Source: a virus
Lineage: Duplodnaviria > Caudoviricetes
Reading direction: 5' to 3' (one strand)
Length of the DNA stretch: 36,147 nt
Virus record (IMG/VR): IMGVR_UViG_3300044858_003222
Coordinates: 1 to 36,147 of that record
This document shows, one piece after another, positions 7,163 through 17,600 of this stretch. Position numbers and translations under genes: made by a program. The notes under the pieces were generated by a model that made no database searches, had not been told where the DNA came from, and saw nothing but the letters and a program-made list of their open reading frames with translations. Positions within the stretch are counted from its first letter, which is position 1. Each line of letters begins with the position of its first letter.

Positions 7163-7930
7163 ATGGCAAAGGATGCTTATTATTTTTCACATGATAGTAA
7201 TTCTCAGGATGACCCTAAGTGTATGATACTTATTGACCAATTAGGGATGGAGGGTTATGGTATATTTTGGGCTTTAATTGAAAAATTAAGGAATGAAACT
7301 GACTATAGATTACCAATAGCTTTAACTGGAAGTTATGCTAAAAGATGGGGTACTTCTAAAGAAAAAGTAGAAACAGTTATAAAAAACTACGAATTATTTA
7401 CTGTAGATGATACACATTTTTTTTCCGAAAGATTATGTCGTTCCATGCAGAAAAAAACAGAATCTGCACGTAATGCGGCTAATTTAAGATGGTCTAATAA
7501 TATTGATAATCAATTAGCTAATGCAAACGCAATGCAAACGCATAGCAAGGGCAATGCAGTCGGTATGCGAAATGATGCTACTAAAGGAAAGGAAAGGAAA
7601 GGAAAAGAAAGTAAAGAAAAGGAAAGTAAAGAAAAGGAAATATTATACCGAGATAACATCAGTTTGTCAGAAAATGAAAATCAAAAGTTAATATCGGAGT
7701 ATGGACAAGATTTTATAGATGCTTGTTATGATTTACTATCTTCTTACAAAATTGAAAAATCTTACAAAACCAAGTCTGATTATTTAACCGTAAAAAGATG
7801 GGTTATTGATGCGGTTACCGAAAAAGGTAAAGTAAAACCAAAAACAATTAAATTAAATACTGATATTAAATTAAATCCTGAATTAGAGGAATATAAAAAA
7901 AGACAATCTGAATTAGGCCAATCTTTATAA
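7163..7930 (+). CDS. Replication initiator (DUF4373/Lin1244-like N-terminus, lambda O-like architecture)
   Basis: YYFSHDSNSQDDPK...GMEGYGIFWALIEKL; central repeat linker and KGKE run; directly upstream of the helicase. Confidence 0.75.
   Translation: MAKDAYYFSHDSNSQDDPKCMILIDQLGMEGYGIFWALIEKLRNETDYRLPIALTGSYAKRWGTSKEKVETVIKNYELFTVDDTHFFSERLCRSMQKKTESARNAANLRWSNNIDNQLANANAMQTHSKGNAVGMRNDATKGKERKGKESKEKESKEKEILYRDNISLSENENQKLISEYGQDFIDACYDLLSSYKIEKSYKTKSDYLTVKRWVIDAVTEKGKVKPKTIKLNTDIKLNPELEEYKKRQSELGQSL
7520..7640 (+). repeat. Putative origin: iteron-like repeats followed by a purine tract, inside the initiator gene
   Basis: AATGCAAACGC twice; ATGC/TAGC at 7521, 7532, 7543, 7554, 7565 and 7575; 7583..7640 is all purines except two T. 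Confidence 0.6.
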
Positions 7931-7939
7931 AATAAAACA

Positions 7940-9829
7940 ATGCAAGTAACAATATTCGAAAATATATTTTCAAAGAATCCATTTTACATTTCCGTAAATG
8001 ATGCTTTATCTAGAATATCTTCAGGTAAAAGTATGGCTTTGGTTAATGATATTCGTGCAACATTGGATAAAAGTAAATCTCAAAAATTAAAATCTAATTT
8101 ACCTAGCGTATGTTTTAGTGGAAAATTTGGAGCAGACAGAAAAGATGAACAAATTATTGAGCATAGTGGTTTTATTGTTCTTGATTTTGATGATGTTTTT
8201 AATTTGAGAGAAAAACAAACGGATATAATTTCAAAACCATTTGTTTACGCTTGTTGGGTAAGCCCATCTGGTAATGGATTAAAAGCGCTAGTTAAGATAG
8301 CTGATGGGAAAAAACACAGGGAGCATTTTCAATCACTTCAAGAAGTTTTTCCTGAAATAGATAAAAGTGGAATTAATCCAAGTCGTGTTTGCTACGAAAG
8401 TTACGATAAAGAAATTTACATTAATGAAAATGCGGAAGTTTTTACTAAAATAAAATCAGTAGAAAAAAAAATAGTAAAGCAAGATTCTAACGGAACAGAT
8501 TCTGAAAATTTTATTAAGATATTAAAATGGTTAACAAATAGAAACGATGCTTTTGTTAGTGGTGAAAGAAATATTTACATTTTTAAATTAGCATCCGCTT
8601 GTTGTCGTTTTGGTATTGAAGAAGATTCTGCAATTAATTTGATTTCATCAGAGTATACAGTTAGTAATGATTTTACTATGAGTGAAATGAGGAACGCAAT
8701 TAAGAGCGCTTATAGAGCTAGTCGTTCTAATTTCAATACAGCTACTTTACAAAAAGAAGTTTTAATAGATAATGTAACTAGAAGTGAAATAAATGTAAAA
8801 AAAGATTTTCAGGAGCATCAAGATGAGAATTATAGAGTTGAGGATGTTGTTTACGGTATTGATGTAAAAGAGAGGGCTTTACAGATTAATGAAAAAGGTT
8901 TTGAAAAGGTTATTGGTATAGGTGTACCTGAAATAGATTTTCATTTTAAACCAAAAAGAGGAGAGATTACATTGCTTACTGGTATCGGCAACTATGGAAA
9001 GAGTGCTTTTAAGAAATGGTATATACTAACTAGGATTTTATTGTTCGGAGAGAAGATAGCAACATTCTCACCAGAAGATACACCTGCCGAAGAATATTTT
9101 CATGATTATGTTGAAATGATTTTAGGATGCGAGTGCACTCCATATAATCCAAACAGGCCACCAAATAAAGTTTATGAAGCAGCTTATGATTTTGTATCAA
9201 AACATATATTCTACATAAGCGCTGAAATGCTATCACCAACTCCTCAATATGTAAAAGAAAAATTTTTAGAGTTAATTATACAAGAGAAAGTTGACTTTTG
9301 CTGTATTGACCCATTTAATCAGCTTACAAATGATTACAAAGGATTTGGCGGTAGAACCGATAAGTATTTAGAAACATTTTTAGCGGATTGTGCAAGGTTT
9401 GCTCAAAAGAATGATGTTTATTTTTGGATTATTGCGCATCCTAAATCAATGTTAAAAGATAAATCAGGAAACTATGAGTGCCCAGATGTTTTTGATATTG
9501 CAGATGGTGCAATGTGGAATAATAAGATGAATAATATTATGGTTTATCATAGACCGTTTGCTCAAATAGATACTAATAATCCATTAGCAGAAGTTCACTT
9601 TAAAAAGATAAAAAAGAAAAGTGTAGGCAAAAGAGGATTTATGACAATTGAGTATATATGGAATACTAGAAGATTTTTTGTTCAAGGTAGAGATATTATT
9701 CAGGATATTTTGAATAAAAGAAAATATGATTTTTGGAATAGCTGGAAAGGTAAACAAGCAACATTAGATTTGCCATCTAATTGGGATAATCAAGGTGTTG
9801 TAGATGATGTTAGTCAAATAGATTTTTAA
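7940..9829 (+). CDS. Primase-helicase fusion (BT4734/VirE-N-like primase domain, PriCT-like linker, SF4 DnaB/Twinkle-like helicase)
   Basis: LPSVCFSGKF, IVLDFD, VSPSGNGLK, GERN; Walker A TGIGNYGKS, Walker B CCIDPFN, IIAHP. Confidence 0.8.
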   Translation: MQVTIFENIFSKNPFYISVNDALSRISSGKSMALVNDIRATLDKSKSQKLKSNLPSVCFSGKFGADRKDEQIIEHSGFIVLDFDDVFNLREKQTDIISKPFVYACWVSPSGNGLKALVKIADGKKHREHFQSLQEVFPEIDKSGINPSRVCYESYDKEIYINENAEVFTKIKSVEKKIVKQDSNGTDSENFIKILKWLTNRNDAFVSGERNIYIFKLASACCRFGIEEDSAINLISSEYTVSNDFTMSEMRNAIKSAYRASRSNFNTATLQKEVLIDNVTRSEINVKKDFQEHQDENYRVEDVVYGIDVKERALQINEKGFEKVIGIGVPEIDFHFKPKRGEITLLTGIGNYGKSAFKKWYILTRILLFGEKIATFSPEDTPAEEYFHDYVEMILGCECTPYNPNRPPNKVYEAAYDFVSKHIFYISAEMLSPTPQYVKEKFLELIIQEKVDFCCIDPFNQLTNDYKGFGGRTDKYLETFLADCARFAQKNDVYFWIIAHPKSMLKDKSGNYECPDVFDIADGAMWNNKMNNIMVYHRPFAQIDTNNPLAEVHFKKIKKKSVGKRGFMTIEYIWNTRRFFVQGRDIIQDILNKRKYDFWNSWKGKQATLDLPSNWDNQGVVDDVSQIDF

Positions 9830-9849
9830 TAATAAAAAACAAAAAAACA

Positions 9850-10197
9850 ATGTTAAAGTTACAGTTAATCGGAAATTTAGGACAAGATGCAGTAGTCAAC
9901 AATGTTGGCGGTAAAAATGTAATTAATTTTTCAGTTGCGCACACGGAGAAGTATAAAAACTCCGAAAACAATGAAGTTTCAAAAACAACTTGGGTAAGCT
10001 GCGCTTATTGGTCTGAAAAAGTCAATTTAGCAAATTATTTAAAGAAAGGAACGCAAGTTTACTTAGAAGGCAAGCCAGAAGCCAAAACATACTCTAACAG
10101 TGCAAAAGAGGTCGTGCCTCAATTATCAGTTAGGGTTTCTGGGTTACAGTTACTTTCGGGTTCTAAATCTGAAAAAGAAGAAGAAGTTCCATTTTAA
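9850..10197 (+). CDS. ssb: Single-stranded DNA-binding protein
   Basis: LIGNLGQD, FSVA, YLKKGTQVYLEG and acidic tail EEEVPF. Confidence 0.95.
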   Translation: MLKLQLIGNLGQDAVVNNVGGKNVINFSVAHTEKYKNSENNEVSKTTWVSCAYWSEKVNLANYLKKGTQVYLEGKPEAKTYSNSAKEVVPQLSVRVSGLQLLSGSKSEKEEEVPF

Positions 10198-10268
10198 ATT
10201 AAATATTAATTAAATTAAAATTTTTAGTAGTTTTGTAAAAATGATTAATTTTATTAAAAATTAATTTT

Positions 10269-10391
10269 ATGGCAAAAGCTACAGGAAATTCAACAAAACT
10301 AAGCTTCGGGAAAAGAAAGGGCGGAAAAGCACAAAAAACACGAGGACCAAAACAAAAAGCCGTTTCTCAGTACCGAGGTCAAGGAAAATAA
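10269..10391 (+). CDS. Small basic protein, 40 aa, ending YRGQGK
   Basis: Own translation MAKATGNSTKLSFGKRKGGKAQKTRGPKQKAVSQYRGQGK; TAGTTTTG box at 10228..10235 upstream. Confidence 0.75.
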   Translation: MAKATGNSTKLSFGKRKGGKAQKTRGPKQKAVSQYRGQGK

Positions 10392-10411
10392 CTAAATCAA
10401 ACCAAATACAC

Positions 10412-10693
10412 ATGAACAAAAAATGCGCTTTAATTAAATCGTTATTGAAGGGTGACATCATCAACGTAAGTAATTCTATTAAACTTACCGGATATAGTAA
10501 TCCTGCTAGGGAAATACCAAGAGAAGTTGAAAAACCATTTGGTTGCGTTATTAGTAGGGTTAAGATGGAGGGTAGGGACCAATTTGGTAATTACGTTATG
10601 TGGTACGACTATCGTTTTAATCCTAGGATAGACGTTAATATAGCTGCAACTAAGAAAATGAAAGAATATTTAGAAAAAGAAACAGGTAGATAA
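10412..10693 (+). CDS. Hypothetical protein, possible winged-helix DNA-binding protein
   Basis: LLKGDIINVSNSIKLTGYSNPAREI...beta hairpin...DYRF. Confidence 0.6.
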   Translation: MNKKCALIKSLLKGDIINVSNSIKLTGYSNPAREIPREVEKPFGCVISRVKMEGRDQFGNYVMWYDYRFNPRIDVNIAATKKMKEYLEKETGR

Positions 10694-10972
10694 ATGGCTT
10701 TTAAATCAAGTAAAAATAATCCAAGACAGTATATAGGTAAAGCAGAGCTTATTGGGGAAATAGAAAAAGGGCTAACACATTTGGTTTATGATTGTTCTTT
10801 GGATTTAGAAGAACGAAAGAAAAAGGTTATTACATTAGATTCAGCAGCAGAAGTGGCGGCCCTATTAGGTGTTAAAATTGATTCTGTATTTAAAAACCGA
10901 AAGGTTGGTAAAAGAATCAAGGCTATAAATGGCAAATACTATGCGGTAAGGGTTTTAAATAATAAACAATGA
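10694..10972 (+). CDS. Hypothetical protein with an HTH-like segment
   Basis: SAAEVAALLGVKIDSVFK. Confidence 0.6.
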   Translation: MAFKSSKNNPRQYIGKAELIGEIEKGLTHLVYDCSLDLEERKKKVITLDSAAEVAALLGVKIDSVFKNRKVGKRIKAINGKYYAVRVLNNKQ

Positions 10973-11121
10973 ATGATATAAACAAAAAATATTACCAAAT
11001 GGGATTTTTTGCTGGCAAAGAGTATCAGAAAACCAAATTTAATATTTTATCATTTTTTTTAGGCATAGCCGTTTCTGCAACTATTAGTTGGATTGTTTTA
11101 TACTTATATTTTGTTTTATGA
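10969..11121 (+). CDS. Small membrane protein, 50 aa
   Basis: Own translation MNDINKKYYQMGFFAGKEYQKTKFNILSFFLGIAVSATISWIVLYLYFVL; ATGA overlaps at both ends. Confidence 0.75.
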   Translation: MNDINKKYYQMGFFAGKEYQKTKFNILSFFLGIAVSATISWIVLYLYFVL

Positions 11122-11336
11122 TACATGAATTTTCAACTCCTGTAAAAGTGCATACACCTCATGGCGCAGGTGAGTGTATCTTATTGATTGACTATGGATT
11201 AAATATAAATTCAGTTTGGCTAGTTAGGTTAAAGGGGGGTGTTGTTAAGCACTATTATTCGGAAGATATAAGGGTTTACGGAAACGCAATGAATGGCATG
11301 GGAGTTGATGTAGATATACCCCACAATTGGAAATAA
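11118..11336 (+). CDS. Hypothetical protein (start moved to ATG 11118)
   Basis: MIHEFSTPVKVHTPHGAG...; ATGA coupling with the previous gene. Confidence 0.7.
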   Translation: MIHEFSTPVKVHTPHGAGECILLIDYGLNINSVWLVRLKGGVVKHYYSEDIRVYGNAMNGMGVDVDIPHNWK

Positions 11337-11364
11337 ATTAGTAATTTTACAAAAATTAAATTAA

Positions 11365-11631
11365 ATGAAACAAAAATTCACACCATTGGGTAAAAGAGTT
11401 CTGGTTAAGCTAGATGCTCCTAAAGACAGAACGGACAGCGGTTTGTATTTACCCGAAACAGCTCAAAAAGACTTTATTACAGGAGTTGTAGAAATGGCCG
11501 GTAAAGAGGCTGAAAATGTATCAAAAGGAGATAAAATCATGTTTGCCAGCAGTGTGGGGGTTGACATTGAAGTCAATGGGCAGCAGTTTAGACTTATTCC
11601 TGATGAGCTTTATATTGACGCAATAATTTAA
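11365..11631 (+). CDS. groES: Co-chaperonin GroES
   Basis: PLGKRVLVK, TDSGLYLP, VSKGDKIMF, IDAII. Confidence 0.9.
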   Translation: MKQKFTPLGKRVLVKLDAPKDRTDSGLYLPETAQKDFITGVVEMAGKEAENVSKGDKIMFASSVGVDIEVNGQQFRLIPDELYIDAII

Positions 11632-11649
11632 TGATTTAACCCATTATTC

Positions 11650-11695
11650 AAAATGCCTTCAAAATTTTGGGGGCATTTTATTTTTATATCCTATA
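11650..11695 (+). terminator. Intrinsic terminator after groES
   Basis: AAAATGCCTTCAA...TTGGGGGCATTTT followed by a T-rich tail. Confidence 0.7.
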
Positions 11696-11718
11696 AAAAA
11701 CTTAATTTTATACCATCT

Positions 11719-12570
11719 ATGAGCGCACAACCGATAAACCATATTTTTCTTAATTTAGACAAGCCTATTCAAGATACAATCAAAATAGGTGATTTAGAGT
11801 TATACCTAGACGGTTCGTTTCGTCCTGAATGGAACGCAACAGTTGTTGGTGAAATAGCTGCATTGCCAGAAAACCCTAAAGGTGAATATGCTGAAACTGT
11901 TTCTAAATTAAAAGTTGGAGATAAAGTTTTATTTGATTATTCAGTAGTTGCTGAAAGAAAATTTGAATCAGATGGAGCTTATTTTACTGAGGTTACAAAA
12001 GATAGTCCTTATTATCAAAAATTTATTAATGGTAAGGGTGAGAAAATATTTATTGTAGCAATGCCGGGTAAAATTACTCATACTTGGTCTGGAACTTTTA
12101 GTGATAATCGTGGAAATTTTGTTCATGGATGCCAAGGTTCTGAAAGCGAATTAAGCAGGTGGAAATCTCAATTTAGTTTTGGAGAAACACAGCAGTTCTT
12201 TTTTACAAATCTTTTAGACACAGGAAATGGAGATGTATGGAAAGCTTCGTATAGAGATATTTATGCAAAGTTTGAAGGAGATGAATTAAAAACAGTTGGC
12301 GATAGAATTATTCTTGAACCAATAGATTTAGATATTCCAAAAGAAGTATTGACCCAAATGGGAATAGAGCTACCGCAAAGTACATTTAAAGCAAGACTTG
12401 GCGATAGAGCAAAAGTTATTTCAGCTCCAGAAGGTTCTGATTTAAAAGTAGGTGATGTTGTTGGATTTGAGGAGAAGTATTTGGAGAAGTACGAATACAA
12501 CGGTAAAAATTATTATTTAATAAAATCCCGGAGAGCTCTGGGAGTTTGGGAGGAAGAAAATGGCCTATAA
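11719..12570 (+). CDS. Protein with two GroES-like domains (start moved to ATG 11719)
   Basis: GEIAALP...LKVGDKVLFDY and DRIILEPI...GIELP...LKVGDVVGF...NGKNYYLIK; the upstream ATG at 11653 lies inside a terminator. Confidence 0.65.
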   Translation: MSAQPINHIFLNLDKPIQDTIKIGDLELYLDGSFRPEWNATVVGEIAALPENPKGEYAETVSKLKVGDKVLFDYSVVAERKFESDGAYFTEVTKDSPYYQKFINGKGEKIFIVAMPGKITHTWSGTFSDNRGNFVHGCQGSESELSRWKSQFSFGETQQFFFTNLLDTGNGDVWKASYRDIYAKFEGDELKTVGDRIILEPIDLDIPKEVLTQMGIELPQSTFKARLGDRAKVISAPEGSDLKVGDVVGFEEKYLEKYEYNGKNYYLIKSRRALGVWEEENGL

Positions 12571-13201
12571 TATAAATGACATATACAATCAAATGATATT
12601 CATTGTTCGTAAAGAACGTGGAGTTTTTGTGACTATACCTGAAGCTATGCAAACGCTAGATAATGCACAATTAGAAGCGGTTGAAGAATGGTTTTCAACT
12701 TATGGAACCACTCAAATAATTCATGATGCAATTAGGAAGCTAAGAGTTCAAAAGAGCTTTACTTCTGATTCAACAGGATTAGTAACATTTGATGCCGACT
12801 ATCTTCATCTTATTGGAGGTGCTTATACCGTAAGTGGTAGCACAATCAATAATGTTAGATTTTTAAATGAAGATGAGTTGGCGTTAGCGCTAAAAAGTCA
12901 GTTAAGACTAGTTTCAACTAGCAATCCTATAGCTATAGATGCATCAGTTGGTTTTAGATTGTATCCTGCTGCTACGCAGTCTGGATTTTATAATTATTTA
13001 AGAAGGCCGGCAACTCCTGTATTGGGTTTTACTCAAAGCGGAAGAAATATTACATACGACCCTAATACGAGTACTCAATTAGAGTTTACGGATGTTTATA
13101 TTAACAATATTATATCAAGAGCGTTGAAGTTTTGGGGCATTAATATGGCTGAACAAGATATTCAGCAATTCGCTCAAATTCAAACTCAAGAAACTAAATA
13201 A
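12560..13201 (+). CDS. Putative tail ring/adaptor protein
   Basis: NYLRRPATP...YDPNTSTQLEF...IISRALKFWGI; size and position fit crAss-like ring proteins. Confidence 0.55.
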   Translation: MAYNINDIYNQMIFIVRKERGVFVTIPEAMQTLDNAQLEAVEEWFSTYGTTQIIHDAIRKLRVQKSFTSDSTGLVTFDADYLHLIGGAYTVSGSTINNVRFLNEDELALALKSQLRLVSTSNPIAIDASVGFRLYPAATQSGFYNYLRRPATPVLGFTQSGRNITYDPNTSTQLEFTDVYINNIISRALKFWGINMAEQDIQQFAQIQTQETK

Positions 13202-13203
13202 AA

Positions 13204-13845
13204 ATGGCAGGCACTACTAAATATTTAATGGCTGAACAAATCTTAACAAGATTAGCCGGTGGTTATAGAGATAGCAACCAGCCCGTTCAAATGGAAGATG
13301 TAGTAAAGGCAATCGAGCAAGTTGTTAACGCAACTTTTCAAATGCAGTATTATTCAGCTACTTTACCTACAGGCGAAACTATTCCAGATAACTTAATGGT
13401 TGCTTTTTATGAAGATATTCCAGTAACAAGTTTTGGAGAAAAAGCAAAAGCCACATTACCTGTAATGCCAATATCGCTTCCTAGAAATATGGGCGTGTAT
13501 AGAGTTACTGATGAGAATGATAATGATTACATACCTGTTCCTTTAGGACAAGGTGCTTTAATAAAAGCAGATAAATTATTAAATGATTTACTAGGTAGCG
13601 TTTGGTATGAGTTAAGAAATTTTACTGTTGTTTTTTCAAAAGATATTACGCTTTTTGGGGTTACTACGGTAAATATGTACTTGGTTGTTATGGATATTTC
13701 ACTTTATTCAAACACGGACCCATTACCTATTCCTGCCGGAACTGAAGATGAAATAATAGAAAAAGTATTTGCCAAATTTGCAATAGTTACACCAGAAACT
13801 GGAATAGTAGATAATTATAGCGCAGCAACAAATAAAATTAATTAA
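13204..13845 (+). CDS. Putative tail ring/structural protein
   Basis: 213 aa, C-terminal DPLPIP...EDEII; lies between ring-like genes. Confidence 0.5.
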   Translation: MAGTTKYLMAEQILTRLAGGYRDSNQPVQMEDVVKAIEQVVNATFQMQYYSATLPTGETIPDNLMVAFYEDIPVTSFGEKAKATLPVMPISLPRNMGVYRVTDENDNDYIPVPLGQGALIKADKLLNDLLGSVWYELRNFTVVFSKDITLFGVTTVNMYLVVMDISLYSNTDPLPIPAGTEDEIIEKVFAKFAIVTPETGIVDNYSAATNKIN

Positions 13846-13847
13846 CA

Positions 13848-14636
13848 ATGACTACCGCATCCCTAGATTATATAGTAAAAAATTTCCTACTTAAAAAAGG
13901 ATACCCATTGCATTGGTATATGCAGTCTTTGGTTTACGCAGCAGATTGTTTACGTGATATTACGTTTGATGATTTGCGTGTAATTAATACAAAAATATTA
14001 CCTGTAGACCAAACAATTAATGCGGCTGAATTACCAAGTGATTATCAGGATTATGTAACAGTAGGTGTAATGGTTGGGCAAAGAATTAGACCATTGACTC
14101 CTACAAGCACGCTAAATCCTCTTATCAACTTGAACGAAAACCTGAATTTTGCAGAGCAACCTTGGAACGAAAACGTAACATCTTCGGATTCAAACTCTGC
14201 TCAATTATATTATGGCGCACTTCCTTATGCTCAATGGTTTACTGTAAGATACAATGATTATGGTGAAAATATTGGTAGAAGTTTTGGTTTTGGCGCAGGA
14301 CATCAAGAAGATACTTTCCAAATTTTTAAAGAAAGAAATCAGATTCAATTAGACCAAACATTTTCTGTTGAAAATATAGTTCTTCAGTATGTATCTGATG
14401 GACAGGAAGCTGATTCGGCTACTCAGATAGACCCATACGCTATAAAAACAATACAAGCTTATATTGGTTGGCAGACTAGAGAAAATAATAGAAATTATAA
14501 TATGGGCGAAAGACAAATGGCCCAAAACGAATACGTGCGTGAAAGAAAAATCCTTAGAGCTAGAAAAGCTGATTGGAGCGTTGAGAAAATTAAAAGAATT
14601 GTTCAAAAGAATAGTCAAGCATCTCCTAAATACTAA
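13848..14636 (+). CDS. Putative tail ring/tubular protein
   Basis: ELPSDYQDYV, IVLQYVSDG, AIKTIQAYI; directly upstream of the muzzle-like gene. Confidence 0.55.
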   Translation: MTTASLDYIVKNFLLKKGYPLHWYMQSLVYAADCLRDITFDDLRVINTKILPVDQTINAAELPSDYQDYVTVGVMVGQRIRPLTPTSTLNPLINLNENLNFAEQPWNENVTSSDSNSAQLYYGALPYAQWFTVRYNDYGENIGRSFGFGAGHQEDTFQIFKERNQIQLDQTFSVENIVLQYVSDGQEADSATQIDPYAIKTIQAYIGWQTRENNRNYNMGERQMAQNEYVRERKILRARKADWSVEKIKRIVQKNSQASPKY

Positions 14637-14640
14637 TTAG

Positions 14641-17600
14641 ATGATTAGAAGTAAAAAGATATTTACAGCAGGAGCGAATCAAGATGATTCGTTGCATTTA
14701 TTAGAAGATGCGCAATATTTAAGATTAATGAATGGTCGTGTTGGGGTAACTCAATATGGCCGTAATGCTAGGGTTGAAAATGTTCCGGGAACTACTTTAA
14801 TTTCACAAGCTGTATATCCTCCATACGGTACTAATATCTGTATTGGTAGTTGTATAGATACGGAAGGCCAAAGAATGTTATGGTTTATATGTAACACTTT
14901 TGGCGACCACGGTATTTATTGTTTTGATTTTGCAGCTAATCAAGTTTATGCTGTTATATACGATAGTCAGGTTCAAGAAGGGCTTAATTTTAATAAGAAT
15001 TACAGAATTGATAAAAACTGTAGAGTTATTAATGGTATTCTTTATTGGTCTGATAATTATAACGAGCCTAAAAAGATAAATATAGACAAGGGTATAAAAA
15101 CAAACCATGCAACTTATCCGACAGAGGAAACTGCTTATAATTTATATCCAAATGGTATACCATACACAACATTAACGATAATTCGCAGACCTCCTTTTTA
15201 TTCATTACAAGTAGCTAAATCAAATGATGCTACTTATAATAATAATTTTATTGAAAGGTCTGCTTTTCAAATGTGTTACTACTATGAGTTTGTGGATGAT
15301 GAAAAATCTAGGCTTTCTGCTTTTAGCGAATTGTTAAATTTTAATTCTCCTGATAGTAATGCTAATTATATAGCCGCAGAATTACCGTATTCTGAATATA
15401 TTGAAGATGAAATACAGAGGATTAATATATGCGCAAAAGATGTTTTAAATAATATAATATTTATAGTTAAAACATTTGATAAGGCAAATGCAAATGATTT
15501 AGCTGCCATAAATGCGCACAATGCAGGAACTGCACAATTGGCATTTGATTTTTATAATAATATAGCAGGCGCTAATTTAGATTCAAGTCAATCTAATATA
15601 CCTTTTGATTCTGTTCCTTTATTAACAAAAACATTAGAAACAGGAACAAGTAGACTGTTTATGGGTAATAACCTTTCTGGTTATGATACGCCTGTAGAAA
15701 CGAGCTTAACTATCCCGACTTCTACTACTACCGCACCAGCAAGTAATACATTTACTTCAGAGGTGACTAGCTATTATATACCTATTAAAAGAACTACATT
15801 CCCATTTGACACAACTGTAGAGGAGGTTAACTTTATGTATACTTCTTCTTACTTTAATAAAGTTCTTTATTATAACACATATAGAAATACACCTCCAGCT
15901 CTTATCCCCACCCCTTTAAATTTGGCGGATGTAACAATTGAGGATTATAATTTAACATTCTTCTTAAATAATTTTACGTCTACATATACTCCAAATACAA
16001 CAGGGTATGATTGGGATTACGCTAATTTGTCGGCAGCTTATACTTTGCCAAGAGGTTATTATATTCTTATAAATAATAATACTGGTCAATTTATCAGCCA
16101 AAATATATATAAAACAGGAGCTTCTTATAATATATCTATTGGTTTTTATGATAGATTTAGAAGAAAATGTGGTGTTGTAAGTGACTTTACTAATTACAAT
16201 ATACCTGAGTACTCTTTTGGGCAATCATCATTTGTTAGTTATTTGAATTGGGCTTTAAGTAATTCAAACGCTGTTAATGAGATACCTGATTGGGCATACT
16301 ATTATCAAATATTAAGTACCAAGAACTTAAATAGCACAGCCTTTTTGCAGGTTAAAATAGCAGGAGCACAGTATGCTACTCGTTCAACAAGTACAACTGA
16401 TTTAACGTATGGAAATACTTTTTCTAGTGCAACATACGCTGTTGGTTTAAATATATCTCCATTAAACTCAATTGGTATTGGTTATAATTATCAAGAGGGC
16501 GATATGGTAAAGGTTTATATATCATCAACGCCAACTATTAATTTAAGGATTATAGGTCAAGACGGTAATTATATACTTGTTGATGGTTACGATTTTGGAA
16601 CACTTAATGCAACAACTTCAAATTTCTTTATTGAGATATATACTCCTAAAAAGACATTTGTAAATGAACCATTCTTTGAAGTTTCTGATTGTTATGCAAT
16701 AACTAATCCGGGAACTGTATCAAGAGAGTATAGCACACTTGCTGGTCAAATAAGCGGAGATGTTTATACATTAGAAAGAACAGATACTTCATCTGCCTTG
16801 TATTATACTCAAAATATGTCACCTAACGATAGTATGTGGCAATTCTGGAATACAAATACAGGATGGCCTAATTTTATCACAACTTTGGGGCAAACTAGAA
16901 ATCAGCATGAAATAAGATACTCAAATGTTTACACGGCAGGGACTGCAAATAATGGATTAAGTACTTTTGAGGCATTAAACTTTAAAAGTGTACCATTAGG
17001 TACAGGTTCTATACAAAAGCTGCAACTTGCTTCTAAAACAACAGAGCAGGGTGTTATCATGCTTTCAATAGGCGCTTTCCAAACAGCATCTTGTTATTTA
17101 GGTGAGGTTCAATTAGTTGGTTCTTCATCTAATTCAGCTTTAGTTCAAGATAGTGCCGTAATTGGTACTATAAATGTGCTGAAAGGTATGTTTGGAACTA
17201 CAGCTCCAGAAACAGTTGTTGAATATTTGGGTAATATATTCTTCTATGACTTAAACAATGGTCAAGTTGTTCAATACAGCTCAAATGGCTTATTCCCTAT
17301 TAGTAGCTTTAAAATGGAGCGTTTATTTAAGAATTACGCAAAAGGATATTTAGCAGCTAATAATAATAATCTAGATAATATTAATGGATTCCACCATTTA
17401 CCTACATTTATAGACCCATTCCATAAGGAGTTTGGTATATCATTAGTAGGATTAACTTACGAGAACTATGCATCTACATTGCCTAGTTATGCTACGGTTC
17501 CATCTTATGCAAGCTCTATTATCAATAGATTTGACATATCGGATAATTTGGCTAAATCAGTAGTTTTTAACTTATCTGAGAATAAGTGGGTAAGTGATTA

